64,000 nucleotides of DNA from the human T2T-CHM13v2.0 reference genome, Homo sapiens. Below the pieces are notes generated by a model, which was not told where the DNA came from, did not search any database, and saw nothing but the letters and a program-made list of their open reading frames with translations. Positions 13,754 to 29,900 of this stretch are shown here, in pieces. The DNA lies in NCBI RefSeq assembly GCF_009914755.1, contig NC_060934.1. The stretch is one strand, 5' to 3'. Made by a program: the position numbers and the translations under genes. The first letter of the stretch is position 1. Each line of letters opens with the position of its first letter.

Positions 13754-15344
13754 TTAAGGCTTCAGGTCTGTCTGATTACACTTCAGTAAATATTTTTATA
13801 TTTTGATTCATGCTTCTAGATGGTTCGGTGATTGTGAAGACATGATGAGGTCATGAGAATGTAGCTGGACCTTGAAATCCTCTGTCTCGGAGAAAAGGCT
13901 TGGGACAGGGATGAGTGATTAGAAGAAATAGGTTTTTTTTAAAGCAAATGAAAACAAAGCAGACAAACACCAATATTACTATTTTGTGTGTATGTGTAGT
14001 TGTTGTTGTTTTTTTTTTAACTCCCTGGATATTCTCTAATGGAAAGGTTAGAAATGCTTGACAGTTAAGGGTGGCATAAATTTTTCACACAGACTCATAA
14101 AGTATGTAAGAAACACTTGCTCAACATGGAGCACTAAGACCATGACAAACAGGAACAGCAAAATATTTCTAGAAGAATGAACATAAATTTATGTTTTATA
14201 CCTCAAACATCACTTCTCTAATTTAATCCACATTTTCTAGGAGTATCTAAGAGCATAAGAAATTTAATTATACAGTTTTGGGTTTGTTTGTTTGTTTTCA
14301 ATGTGGGAGCAAGCCAAAAGGGAAATATAGAGAGAAAACCATGTTTAAAAAGAAATGGTTCCTACAGTGTTAACTATGGAGTCTGTAGCGTGACTCTGTA
14401 ATGGAATATCATGGCAGGGGGTATAATACTGTAAATAAGATGAATATGCCACTTGTGGATTAATGGGCAACCTAAAGAGTGCTTTTATTTACATCTATGT
14501 GTGACGTTCATTTTCAGTTTGTATATTTTTCTCTTATTCTTGTGATTATAGTATTTACAAATCTGACATTTTAATTACGGAACTTTCTACTGATTTTTTA
14601 AAAAATCTGTTTCCATGAATCTTGCTCCATATTTATTTTTGTAGTATTAATATAGTGTCATTTTGGACTTCAAAATTGATAGATTGAAGGCGTTTTCTTT
14701 AACCCTTTCTTTAGATAATGAGGAGACAAGGTAGTTTCTGAAATGTATTGAATTCATAAAATACAGCTATTTTTAATTGTTTTTCTTACGAAAGATGGAG
14801 TATAGATACCACGAGTGTCCAGATTATAGCAGATTCCATTTGCAGTGATAGTTTTGTGGATATGGTATGCTTTTCAAAGGTTTAGGTACTAATTAATATA
14901 AACTTGAATACATCTAGCCTGGGACACTAGAGGAGCTACTGTCTCAACATTATAACATTATAACATGCAATAAAGGTAAGTACTAAGTGAGATTTTATAA
15001 AACTGATTTTTTAGTCAGCAGTTTAGGTTGCTGTTGATTGCAAATTACTAGTATTATTTAGTGCCCTTGAAACTTCTGAAGTTGGAGGTTTCAATTGTTA
15101 GTTACTCCCTGCTTTCCTTCAATAGAAAATGTGTAGTAAAGGTTATTTATAAAAGACTAATTGTATCCAAAGCTAAATGGTCTTATTATAGAGTTTGTAT
15201 AGGATTTATTTTCACTTGCACGGGTAGGTTCTCAAAATGTATTTGAATGTGAATGACTTCAAACAAAAAAAAGTGAAAAATTTTTAAAAAGTACTAAAAT
15301 CCAAAGATTTTGTCATCAAATTTGACAGCCTTTTTGCACCATTA

Positions 15345-15540
15345 CAGGTATTTATTGAATGTTTATGATGTACTAGGCATATACATTTTCACTGAAATCA
15401 TCACAATAGTCTCATTGTGTTTACACACAAATGAAGTAGAATTCAGATTAAGTAATTTGCCCAAGGTCATACTGTATGTTGCAGAACTGGAATTTGAACC
15501 CAGACCATCTGGCCCCATGGCCTTGTGCTTTCAAACCACT
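15345..15540 (-). mobile_element. MIR
   Basis: TAAGTAATTTGCCCAAGGTCA...GGAATTTGAACCCAG core. Confidence 0.8.
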
Positions 15541-15749
15541 GTGTTTGTGAATTTTAATACATAGAAATTAGGGTAGATGTAGCAAATGGAGGGATTATCT
15601 AAAACATTCTCTGTGGTGTCTATTGAATGTTAACAATTTACTAACAACTAGCCAGGATTTGGAAATCGCAGAAGTATGCAAATTGGTTATATAAAATTAT
15701 GATAGAGTAATACATCTTAGGTTTGTTTTTCTTCTCTTGCACTTATAGT

Positions 15750-16330
15750 ATTTTCCTTTCTAGCATTCCATATGAGATGATAAAAATTAAAAACGCCTCA
15801 ATTAGCAGCCACAAAAAAGTAAAACTGTTAATTGAACCTTGTAATCTCTTACTGTCTGTTAGGCTTTTCTTTTCAAGCTTTGATTGTGTGTAATAAAACT
15901 GTGGCTTAATTAATGCCAGGGTTCTGAAGCCTTTGGATGCCACAAAAGAGAGTGAAGTGGAGAAACCAAGGGGCAGCATCAAATAGCTTTTCTGTCATGT
16001 TAATTTAGCCCTGTCGGTCTTGTTCTAGTTCATGATGTACAGCTCCCACCAGATACTCACTTGGTGAATTGAAAGAGGAGCTGTAGTGAAAATACTGTCT
16101 TAGGAAAAACACAGCTCTTGATTGAGGCTATCAGCAGGTTAATGAATAACTGTTTTCAGACAACATTTCACCCCTAGTTTGAGCTGCTCTTAGAATGAAT
16201 GTGGCCAGGTTAATGTGACCAGCAGACATAATGCAAAACCAAACTAAGGTGGTAAATTGGCATCTTGGCTTTGTTGCACATGCAGGAAAGATCCAGGACT
16301 GGTGTCAGAGGTATACTGTCTTTGGCAGAA
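15750..16330. promoter_or_regulatory. Putative conserved non-coding element D
   Basis: TCF/LEF CTTTGAT (15878-15884) next to GTAATAAAA and TAATTAAT (15907-15914); repeat-free. Confidence 0.4.
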
Positions 16331-17749
16331 GAGTGCTTGTCCATAACCAGAGTACAAGAGAGGAAGTCATACTGATTTATATTAATCTTCATTTCATATG
16401 CTAAAAAACAAAATGGCAACCATTTCTCTAGGAAATTGCTAAAGCTGACTTTATAGACATACTTTTTGAGGGATCCATATGCTTTAAATAAGTTGATAGG
16501 AAATGTTTGCTATATCATAACTCAAAAAATATTTTCTTAATTTTGAGAATGCGGAATATTGAGCAAGACATAATTATCTTCCCTAAAATGAATTTACTTT
16601 TAAGGTGACTCTGCATTTTCTTCTTTTTCTTTCTCTCATTTTCCCTCCTTGATTCAAGGAACTTATTAATTAGCTGGTTTTATACACGTATTGATTTTAA
16701 CAAGAATATGGAAAAGCCATGTTTCTTTCAGGATGAGAAAGATTTGAAATCCAACCATGAAAAATGAAGCCCCTTGTATTTCTGGCTGCATTCCCAGAAT
16801 AGTTGTGTGTAGTATAATTATTGAACTTTTAATACCTGCTCAAATTCTGTCTGGATTGCAGAGGATTACAGCATCACATCTAAATTATACTTTCTGATAA
16901 TATTCAAATGTGAAATAGACATTGTTGTGTGGAGGCAGTGACATCATCATAATTTTCAATGTTTTAAAGTGTCAGTGGTAAAGGGAGTTTACAAGCATAG
17001 GAAGAGAACACAGGCTTTACGTTGAAAAAGGTCTCTGTCATCCAGGGGGTTATTTAATGCTAATAAATACTTGTTTTGGAATGGATGGAACTAGGTTAAG
17101 TGTTTACAGCCAAAACTTTCTATTTTCCTCCACCAAAGAGCAGGGTTCTCCTAATACTGACCTACTTTGCTCTTAGACAATACTACAGGTACAGTGGTTA
17201 TACATCCATGAAGAGAAAAATAAATGAGACCAGAAAGATTTTTTGGTAGGAAGTGTTTGGTAACATGTTGCTTTGTTGGTGGAACATAATGTTGCCACAA
17301 ACCATGAATAAATATTCTGAATTATCTAATATTATAGCAGTTATAACCATTTTTAAGCCTCCTTTCTAAGTAGATATTTCTCTCCTGGCTTCCTGTGCTG
17401 TGAACTTTGCAAAACTGGCATAGGCAGCCTATTAATTATTCATATCATAGCAACAATTAAAGCAAATTAAAAATAAAAATCACCGTATTGCATTTAACCG
17501 TGGGCAGCACCAAACTGTGTCAGCTCTGTAAGGGCCTGTGGTGTTTCCTTAGTTAAAAGTGCTAGAGGGAGCTCTAACCTTGTTCAGAGTGGTGGCATAT
17601 GGGAACAATTGTCTGTATGTGGCCATAGGTTTGCAAGTGAAGATATAGTCTCAGGCTCTTCTGTGGCAAAAATTTAAATCTTTTTTATTAGAAGTCCCTG
17701 TTTCCTTTATATCTGAAAATAAGGGCTAGGACAGTCTATCTATAGCCAA

Positions 17750-19365
17750 ACAGAACTGTGTTCATCCTTATTGCCCTTTCTGTGAATACAATCATAGTGA
17801 ATTTTCACGAAGTGAACATACCTGTGTGATTACCATCAGATTTTATTTTTATTTTTAAAAAATTCCAGATTAAGTTCACATCCACCCAGATTTTAATAGG
17901 AAAAGAGAAATGAAAAGACCATTACCGGAGCCCACTACTACCCTCTTTAAGTCACTACCCTTTCAAGGGTAAACATTATCCTCACTTCTAACACCATACA
18001 TTAGTTCTGCCTGGTTTTGAGCCTCATATAAATGGAATCATATAGTATTTTTTTTTTTTTTACTGTCTGAATTATTTCACTGTTTTTGAGAGTCATTTAT
18101 ATTGTTATGTATGTATAGTTATAATTTGTTATTGATATGTAATATTTCATTATACATATATGCCATAATTTATCCATTTTACTATAAGTGAACATTGGGT
18201 TTCTTTCAGATTTTCATAACTACAAAAAATTATTTTACATATATTTTCCTGAATATATACAATGAGTGTATTTGAATGGGTATATTAACCAGCAGAGGAA
18301 TTGGAATTTCCAAACTAGCACCAATTTTTATACAGCAGTGAATAAAAGTTCCATCATTCCTTTTTCTCACCAACCAACACTTGGTGTTGTCTACCTTTTT
18401 CATTGTAGCATTCTGGTGATACGTAGTAGTATTATGTATGACATTTTGGATTTTGTTTTAAGTTTTTATTTTAGAGGCATGGCTTCACTCTGTCACCCAG
18501 TCTGGAGTGCATCAGCGCAATCATAGCTCACTGTAACCTCGAGCTCCTGGCCTCAGGCAGTCCTCTTGCCTCAGCCTCCCAAAGTGCTGGAATTACTGAC
18601 TTTTTTTAAAATTGCAATTTAAAAAATAATAATAATATAAAATTTACCATCTTACTATTTTTAAGTATACAGTTTATTAGCTTTAAGTGTATTCACATTG
18701 TTGTCACATTGTTTTTCATTCACATTTCTCTGAACACTATTAAAATTGAGCATTTTTTTTATGTTGATTGGCCATTTGGATGTGAAGTTCTTGTTCAACG
18801 CATTTGCCCTTTTTTTAATTGGGTTTTGTGTATTTTTCTTAAAGATTTATAAGAGTTCTTTATAAATTCTGGATACAGGTTATTTGTCTGATGTATGTAT
18901 TGCATATATTTCTCCTAAACTGTGACTTGCCTTTTCACTTTTTAAATGATGTCTGTGATGAACAGAGGTTCTTAATTTAAGAGTCCAATTTATGGATCTT
19001 TGCCTTATACAATTAGTGTTTTTACATTCTACTTAAGAAATCTGCCTGTCCCAATGTCTTAAAGACATTGTTTTATCTAGTTTTTATGGTTTTACATTTC
19101 ATGTTTAATTCGTTTGATTTTTGTATATGATGCGTGGTAGAGGTGAGAATTTTTTGTTTTCCAGTGTGATACCCAGTTGACCTAGCACCATTTATTGAAA
19201 TGTGTAGTTCCCATTATACTGGATTGTTTTCTTTGACCATATGCTTATAGGTCTTTATCAAAATCTTGAACTCTGATAGTAAGTGCCCTAGCTTTGTTGT
19301 TACTCTTCAAGATTATCTTGGTTATTCTTGGTTATTTTCATTTCCATATAAATTTTAGAATCGCC
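17750..19365 (-). mobile_element. Old L1 (L1M-type) 3' fragments with embedded FLAM/Alu monomer at about 18462-18596
   Basis: Typical antisense L1M 3' text (CATATAAATGGAATCATATAGTAT; CCAGTTGACCTAGCACCATTTATTGAA; TTCCATATAAATTTTAGAATC). Confidence 0.8.
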
Positions 19366-19458
19366 AATATTTACCAGCTGTGTGATCCACGCCTTGTGTA
19401 CTACAGCACTTGAACATGGAACAGTCTTCATATATTTGTTTAAATATTAATATATTAA

Positions 19459-19771
19459 AGCTGGGCATGGTAGTTTATGCCTGTAATCCTGGCACTTTGG
19501 AATGCCCAGGTGGAAGGATTGAGCCTAGGAGTTTGAGACCAGCCTGGTCAACAAAGTGAGACCCCTGTCTCTACAAATAAAAAATATAAAAAAAATTTAT
19601 CCAGGCATGGTGGTGCGCACCTGTAGTCCCAGCTATTCAGGAGGCTGAGGTGAGAAGATCACTTGAGCTTGGGAGGTTGAGGCTGCAGTGAACCGTGATC
19701 ATGCCACTGCACTCCAGGCTGGGTGATAGAGTGAGACCCTGTCTATCAGTCAATCAACCCATAATAAATAA
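19459..19771 (+). mobile_element. AluJ
   Basis: Diverged Alu. Confidence 0.92.
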
Positions 19772-19778
19772 ACGAAGT

Positions 19779-20078
<300 letters not shown>

Positions 20079-20185
20079 AGTTGAGATATATATTGACATA
20101 TACAGAGAGAGTGATTTTGTGTGACATATACACACAAAAATTCCCTAAGTTGTAGTTTCTTCTGATTTTGCCCAGAGCCTTTTAA

Positions 20186-20494
<309 letters not shown>

Positions 20495-20649
20495 TCCGAA
20501 GCTGCTGTTACGATCTAAATCACATCATAATTCTTTTTTCTTTTCTTCACAATTCTATCCTCAGTCCCATAAGCTAATGGTGGCCACACAGGTTAGCACA
20601 TTTTTAAAGTATTTTAGTCATAATTCCCCTCCTGGGGAATTTGGCATTA

Positions 20650-21053
<404 letters not shown>

Positions 21054-21064
21054 TAATAATAATA

Positions 21065-21280
21065 GCCACCTTTAGTAACCATGTACATGCTAGATCCTGT
21101 TCCAAGTATTTCATATACATAATCTGTTATTTCATATGACAATTCTAGGAAGTAGGTGGTATTAGTTTTGTTTACAGGGGGAAAAAGTGAAGCTTAAAGA
21201 AGGCAACTAACTTGTTCAGGTCTATATAGCTTGTACATGGCAGACACTTGGCCTGTACCTGGGCTTGTCTGACACTATGC
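21065..21280 (-). mobile_element. MIR
   Basis: GTAGGTGGTATTAG...TTTACAG...GTGAAGCTTAAAG...AACTTGTTCAGGTC. Confidence 0.6.
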
Positions 21281-21289
21281 AGTACTACC

Positions 21290-21567
21290 TTTTTTTTGAG
21301 ACAGGAGTCTCGTTCTGTCGGGCTGGAGTGCAGTGGTGCGATCTGGGCTCACTGCAACCTCCGCCTTCTGGGCTCAAGCAATTCTCGTGAGTAGCCGGGA
21401 TTATAGGCATGCACCACCATGCCCAGCTAAATTTTTTTGTATTTTTAGTAGAGGTGGGGTTTCACCATGTTGCCCAGGCTGCTGTCAAACTCCTGGCCTC
21501 AAAGTGATCTGCCCACCTCGGCCTCCCAAAGTGCTAGGATTACAGGTATGAGCCACCATGCTTGGCC
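21290..21567 (-). mobile_element. Alu (J/S) with small deletion
   Basis: Long TSD ACTATGCAGTACTACCTTTT. Confidence 0.93.
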
Positions 21568-22130
21568 ACTATGCAGTACTACCTTTTAAATAATTATGTA
21601 TCTTACCACCTCCATAAATAAAGCCCTGGGTCCTTCATATTATATTTAAGAATATACCCTCCAAAATGTCTTGATTCTGTCTTTGTCACACCCCTAACCC
21701 CCATTCTCACTGCTGCTCTCCTAGTTCATGTCTATTCTGATATCAGCCCACTCTTCCATCCTTACTATGTAGGCCTACAAGATTGCTCACTATCAAAAAA
21801 TGCTATCACCACAGAAAGATGAGGTTACAAATTCTGCTTCTACCTTCCATTGAAACTTAATTCTTTCAAATGGAAATCAAGCCTCAGTGCTTGTCCATAT
21901 TCATTTAGTTATTACAATAGCTAGTATGCCACCTTGGTCTTGAGGGCACTTGATGGACTTTCGAATCTGAAAGAAAAAGCTCTCTGCAATACAGCAGGCT
22001 ATGGACTATAATGCTGAAAATACAACTGGCAAAGAACAGTGGCCATCTGATCATGAGCTCTTAATAAAGTTTTGAGAGGATTCCAATGGGTTTTTTATAT
22101 CTAGTTGCAGACTTTTCTTGTGGCCCTACT

Positions 22131-22467
22131 GTGGTTGTGCACTGCTTAATGATGGGGATATGTATGAAAATGTGTCATTAGGCAATTTTGTTGTATTGCA
22201 AACATTATAGAGTGTACTTCCGCAAATCTAAATGGTACAGCCTCCTATACACCTAGGCTATATGGTATACCTATTACTCCTAGGCAACAAACCTGTACAC
22301 CATGTCAGCATACTGAATACTGTACGCAATCATAACATGATGGTGTTTGTGTATCTAAACATTTCTAAACATAGAAAAGGTATAGTAAGAATACAATACT
22401 ATAATCTTAGGGACCGTAGTTGTATATGCAGTTATTGACTAAAATATCATCACATGGTGCATGACTG
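22131..22467 (-). mobile_element. Tigger3a (MER7A/Golem-type) non-autonomous TcMar DNA transposon
   Basis: GCATGACTG-TA terminus; TGTGTATCTAAACAT...TCTAAACATAGAAAAGGTA internal signature. Confidence 0.85.
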
Positions 22468-22951
22468 TACTTTGATTTGGCCCTAATGGAGACCAGTTGG
22501 TGTATATAACTTTTTGCCTTCTTATGAAGCAAAGGGATTATTAATAAAGAGATAGATTCATGTATAGACAGTTTTCTGAAAGCCTTTATTAAATACTGGA
22601 AACTGTGGGGAGGGATAGTTGGGGTAATTATCAGAAGAGTTGATGTGAAAGAAATGAGGCATATTGAAACAGAAAACTTCAAGAAGGCATTACTAGGGCT
22701 TCAGATCCTAGTGTCAGCCATGAAGAAGGCTAAAACCTTAAAGCTTTTAAGATTTTAAATTATTAATTTTAAAGTCAGCATGTAGAAAAGTCAGAGAATA
22801 ATAATATTACCTGTGTACCTGTCACTCAGAATGATAGCATTTCTTTGCATTAAAAATTCAATTGTTTAAGAAAAGTTTGACCTATTCTTGGGGTTATAGA
22901 ATATCTTGCTTGCCCAAATAATATTGTGAAAAATGTTTTTTAAAATTCGAG

Positions 22952-23241
22952 GGCCAGGCACAGTGGCTCAAGTCTGTAATCCCAGCACTTTGGGAGGCCA
23001 AGGCAGGTGGATCACCTGAGGTCAAGGAGTTCAAGACCAGCCTGGCCAACATGGCAAAACCCCGCCTCCACTAAAAATACAAAAAATTAGCCAGGCATGG
23101 TGGCACACGCCTGTAGTCCCAGCTACTCAGGAGGCTGAGGCAGAATTGCCTGAACCTGCGGGGCAGAGGTTGCAGTGAGTGGAGTACACTGCACTCCAGC
23201 CTGGGCAACAGAGTGAGACTGCGTCTCAAAAAAAAAAAAAA
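22952..23241 (+). mobile_element. AluS
   Basis: Full Alu with small deletions. Confidence 0.94.
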
Positions 23242-24989
23242 GAGGTGTATGCTTAAACGCCAATATGATGGGTTTTAAGTAAGAACATGTGAAGAATGAA
23301 TCTCTATTTTTAAATTTATGTACGCAATTTTATTTTAACTTACAGTAGAACTGGATTATAGACTCAAAGTTTAAGAGCCAGACTGAGCTTCAGATAATCC
23401 CATCCACTCACTCATGTTACACATGAACTCCCATGCCAGTAGATACTTCCCCCAGGTTGTATGGCTAATTAGTGATTTAGACTGGGCCTAAATCTCTTTA
23501 GCATCGTGTTGCCTCACTTTTGCTTTCAGGCTACATTAAAACATTTATGTCAACTATAAGAAAACTTTTTGATGAATGGTTTGTTTCCAGAGCATCAAAG
23601 TTCAGTATGTATTCCTTAAATGGAAAATAGAAATAAACTACAGTGTTTGATACATAGAAAAATTCCATGGGAAAGAGTTATTAGTACTCTTGAGCCTTGT
23701 ATTTATAGTGCTCCATATGAACTTAAACCACTCCCAGGTAAAATAAAAAGGTTAGGTAGTAAACCAGAAAATGTCTTTATAGAAACTATTTCATGCTCTA
23801 AGAAAAGCCAAGTTCTTCAAAGAAAGGATACAAGTCCTAATTTTAAATCAAATGCATAAATTTTATGGAGGTGACTGTCTTCCTGATTTTCATTTTCTTA
23901 TTACAACCCCTCTTCCCAGAAAACACCTACACAAAACCCCTGGTGGAAGTTTGTCCCATTCCAGGTTAAACAAACAAACAAACCATTTTTAGTGACCCTC
24001 AAAATTCTATGTCTTTTCTCAGAAAGACCAAAAATCTGCAATCTCTGGTCTATGAAACCCCATTAAAAATGGTGCCCATGTAGGGGACATATAAATAACC
24101 TCCAAAGTTACAGGGTAGTAGAGTTTTTCTGCCTATTTCTGAGAGAAAGGAAAGTGGATGCTGACAACAGCCAGAATTTTAGTCTGGTTTCTGCCCTGGC
24201 TCTTGTCTTTGCTGATTCTAAAACAATGCCACAAATCAGAAGGAAGCAAAATATACTCTGTGCCCTACAGGATGTTAGCTCTTTGGTAGAAATTGTTCAA
24301 GTGGATTTTAAAAATTAGAGTAATGCACTGAGAGTCTTGTTACCATTCTGATAATTTCCTTACTGTTCTTCCTTCCCTGAAGTTGGGTGTTATGGGAAAA
24401 CATTGTAGCAATAGCTCTGAAAGATTGAAAATGAAAAAAAAAAATCAATGGCAAATGTCTTTTATTCCATATTGTAGAAGATCTTTGAGGGCTTCCTTTT
24501 GCTCTTTTCTGTCTTCAATTATTAAGTTTCATGAAACATTAACCTACTGTTAGTCTTCATTCCTTTTGGGAGTTCAGTTTTACTTTGGTTCTTAAATTTT
24601 TGCATACCAATCTTAGAAAATGGATTAGATTGCCAAATTTGAGTGCCTATGGACAAAGCATCAATATAGTGATAGTAGCATCCTTCTTGGTGAGAGAAGG
24701 GGACTCCAAATATGTTTACACCACAAGACATTTTACCACTGTACTCACAAAAAGCAATACCCACCTCCTCGTTCATTTAGATTAACAGTTCAGTTTATCA
24801 AATATTTTTGAGCTGCTGTTATATAGATACTGAAAACTTATGTGATAATCTATTTTAAAGTGAAAGTTTCTGGACATAATATTATTGTAAAAGCAAAGAA
24901 GAGTATATTTAAATATAGTGAAGCATTAAGCTAATTATAATAAGTAACTATGTAGATTACAATCCTTTTTAGTTAAAACTCATCACAAC

Positions 24990-25185
24990 TTATGCCCTTA
25001 CTATGTGCCAGGTACTCTTTCTGAATACCTTTATATGTATTATTTTAATCTTAACATTAGCCCTTCTAGCTAAGTATTGTAACTATCACCATTTTATAGA
25101 TGAGGAATTTGAAGCCCAGAGAAGTTAATTAATTTACTGAAGATCACACTCCAGGTAAATAGTAGAGCTGGGATAGAATCAGTGT
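24990..25185 (-). mobile_element. MIR
   Basis: CTTACTATGTGCCAGG...CCATTTTATAGATGAGGAA core. Confidence 0.8.
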
Positions 25186-26429
25186 CAAATTATGATTTTT
25201 TAATGATATTCTATTACATAAACTCCTTCAGAAAGACATTTAAGCTTGCTTCAGTGTGGCACTTTGAGTCTCAGTGCATATGTAAACCTCTTTTGGTTAT
25301 AGAAATGCATTTATCCATCTATGCAAAGCAGTCCTGGTCTTCTACATTTAGTCATAGTCATTGACTTGGAGCTTCATTGTCATTGAAAAGAGGAAGAGGA
25401 CCAGAATTTCATTTTAGAAAAACTGTTCAGCTTATATAATAACTGCATTTTGAAATCTGAACTTTACTAACTTGTGTGAATCTGAGCAAGTTATTTTGAT
25501 CACCTGTGCTGAAAAAACAGATGCTGCATCTAAACTAAGCTTTTCCTGGATAAATTAAGAAAACAATTACCAAAGTATTCCAGAGAGAAATGTCTTCAGT
25601 CCCTTGATGTTCCCAGGGTTATTAAAGTTTTACCTGAAGATAACCAAGACTTCCAGAAATTACAAGTCATTTACTTCATTCACTGCAGCTAAGAGAAGCT
25701 TGTGCTGCTGCCTCATAGAATTATTTCTTGCTGCATTTAACATGCATTAACAAGCATTTGAAAAGAGTTGAATTTCTTCTAGAAAGTTGAGTTGGCTTCT
25801 TGAGATCCTATCCAAAAAACTTTGTATTTTCCTAATCCCAGTTTTAGATAAAGCCTTCTCAAAGGCTTTTTTCAGGAGCAAGTTTTACCAAGTTGTTGAG
25901 GCCTTTTTATAGAACACAGAAATTGAAGGATTAGAGCACAAAGAAGAGCAGGGTAGTTTTTTCCTTCTTTATTTAAACCCGACTGTATTTTTCCCATACA
26001 CTTTTTAACTGTTTTACATGTGCCTCTGTGTTTTGCTCTGACATCTGATGCATTCCCTGCTAATGTTAGAACTGAATTTTCTGATGCTAACTGAAGGGAG
26101 AAGGGTGTTGGGGGTAAGTTGGGCAGAAGACTCTCAGTTTCAACTTTCAGCATCACAGAAATTTTATTCTGGTAATCTTAACATAATTTGACATCTAGGT
26201 GAACAACCTCCACCTGAGGAAGTTACACAGAAAGAACAACCAGATTCCAGACAATTAAACTTTATTACTCCGCCTGAAACATTAAGTAGTGGTTTTAAAA
26301 AATAGTTTTTTATCTCCTCTCCCTCTTGATGTTTATTGTGTGGGAGAGGATGTTTGTCCAACAAGCATATTGCTCCTCTTAGAGCAGGTGAGCTTGGTAA
26401 TGCTGGGTCCCTTTTGCATTTGGTTATAT

Positions 26430-26835
26430 TCATTCTCCCCCTTCCCACCTATTTCTCACTTCATCTCTCCCGTAGCCATCTCCCTCCATCTCTTCCCCAG
26501 CTCATCATCTCTCCCCATCCCTATCTTTCCCCTAGACCTGCTTATCCCTCTTCCTTCATCCTTATCCCATCTCTCACCAACCCCACTGCCTAGTATCCAC
26601 TGTCCTTTCCCCAATCCTCGGTCACTTTTGTCATTCCTCTTCCTCTTCTACCCTCTTCTCTAGCCCTAGCCCTTCCTCTCCTTGCTTTCCTCCTTCTGCT
26701 TTCCCATTTTCCCCCTTCCATTTCCCTTTTCTTTCTCTCCTCACTTTCTCTCCCTTTGACTCTCTTTCTTTTCTCCTCTTTCCTCCCCTCCTTTCAGCTC
26801 CCCTCATCACAATAACCTATAATTCTCTGTCCTCC
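26430..26835. repeat. About 400-bp low-complexity pyrimidine-rich tract
   Basis: Strongly C/T-biased + strand. Confidence 0.85.
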
Positions 26836-26973
26836 AGGATCAGATCTTGACTTCTCTAACAGCAAAGATTAATTTTGCTTGCTCTGATCAATTTGATATT
26901 ATGAACAAAGAATTCTCTAGATGGCACAGATACACTCCCCCTCCCCCATATTCTTCAAATATTTGACTAATAA

Positions 26974-27712
<739 letters not shown>

Positions 27713-27972
27713 TATACCCACCAAAATGTGAACATTATGTCTTTGTTGATAGTTGAAATTATGGGCAATTTCCATGTTTTTTGTGTATCTGAATTTTTCA
27801 TATTTACTAAAATGTGTCTACTGTAAATGCTATTTTTAGAAAATGAATTAAACATTCTTTGCTTGACCCCCCCCATAGATCTTTATTTAATCAAAGTGAA
27901 AACAAAATGACTCAGATTTGATCCTTTTTGAAGATGAATTTGGTTTGCTATTTTGATGTTCAGTTTTCCAAT

Positions 27973-28276
<304 letters not shown>

Positions 28277-29249
28277 AGTTTTCCAAATTTTTTTACCTTT
28301 CAAAATGGGTGGCCCTTTGAACTGAAGCATGAAGCCATCAGCTCATTGGCACTATTGTAGCACATGGTGAATGTTAAATACAGTTGCTCAAGTTAGGCTT
28401 CAACTCTAAGTCCTATAAGACCTTTCCTGCCTTTCTCTGTCCTCCCAAAATTTAGCTCATGTTTTTTTGTAATATTTCAATATTAGAGTGTTCAGTCTGA
28501 TAGACTTGGCAATTTTTATACAGATTTGTTTTCAGCCCTGTTATCAGTCTTGGGGGTGGGGAGGACAGGCATTGATGAGCAGCAGTTCTATTATATACCT
28601 TGTTTATTGTCCTTGGTAGTGTTGGTTATAAAAAGTGTAACAGTCATGCTGTACCAAGCCAAGATGCCAACTCTGCCATAGTTAAATGTTAAAATTCCAA
28701 GCTCAGATTCAAAATTGACTGAAAGGAAATCTTTCAGCAGACTATTTCAATCTCAGTTGACTAACCCTAGGTATGCAAGGTGGATGGCAAGGCTAGATGA
28801 AGTGCTCTAAACAACTGAAGTTTACTTATTTCCTAGCTATAGTGTACTCATTGTTTCACAAAGGGTTAAATTATGTAGTTAGTGAATGCTTTTCTAGCTG
28901 CAGGGGTTTTTGAAAAGAGATCTAGGAATTCTGCAGTTAATTGAATTCTTCAGGCATGGACTCAGGGTCTCTGAAAAAATTTGAGTGAGCAAAATTCTCT
29001 TGCTTTGCTCCTAGATATAGTTCATACCATGTCTTAGGAATCCAGAATTATTTTTTGAAGGATTTTATGCCTATATATGCTGACTGAACATTTAATAAGA
29101 TAACCACGACATTTTAAAAGATTTTATACAATGTATTTGTTTCCTTGCATTGCCCTTCTCCCTGTTTTTTCTTCTCTTACTTCCCCAAGTCTGTATCACT
29201 GGGGCTTTTTTCCCATTTTTTCCCATCTTGTGAGCAAAGTTTTAACAGT

Positions 29250-29900
29250 ACGTAGAAAGTTAACTGCCTGGAGTCTTTTAAATATAAGTAACACGCAACC
29301 AGTAATAAGCTGTCGGTTGATTTTTTGCTGCCTGCAAAGAAACATAAACACAGCGCTCATTTCTGGCAGGTTTTTACTGTCAGAGTTTCTCCTATTATAT
29401 TTATCTTACAATTTGCCAGGGGGTGAAGTTATTAAGTTTTAGCAGCAGCCATCGATCAAGTTCACAAGTTAACACGATAAAGGCTCTGTGCCGCTCCGAT
29501 CCGGGGAAATGATGATCCTCACTCGGTAATTAACTAAATGAGAAAGTTAAATCTTACTTGAGAGCTGGGAGAGATGAAAGAGAGGTGTTTGTCAGCTTCT
29601 CAGTGGAAATTAGAAGCAGTTTTCTGCAATTCCCTAAGCTGCTGCTCTGTCATATTTTACATAAGCACTGGGAAAATGTCTTGTAATTAGTGCTGTCATG
29701 GAAGATTTTTTTTTGCTGAAGGATGTTGGAATAATTCATTAGATTATCAAGAAAGGCTGTGTCCTGAAATGATTAGCACAGTGAAATTTAAACCATTAAC
29801 GATAACAAGTTTAGAGCTTGCTGCAGTGCAGAGGCACCCCGGGTATGTCTGTGCCTATTTCAATCATTTCTTATAATTAAACATTATGTCCTTTTTTTTT
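29250..29900. promoter_or_regulatory. Putative conserved developmental (limb) enhancer E
   Basis: CpG retention; CTGTCA (MEIS) at 29377, 29647, 29693; TAATTAA 29527, TAATTAG 29684; FOX ATAAACA; position fits my recollection of a BTRC-intronic VISTA enhancer (unverified). Confidence 0.7.

Noticed and set aside
26912-26927. CTCF-like TCTCTAGATGGCAC (also ACAGCAGGGGGTAC near 60703)
   Set aside because: Mismatches at core positions; cannot be called without a PWM scan or ChIP
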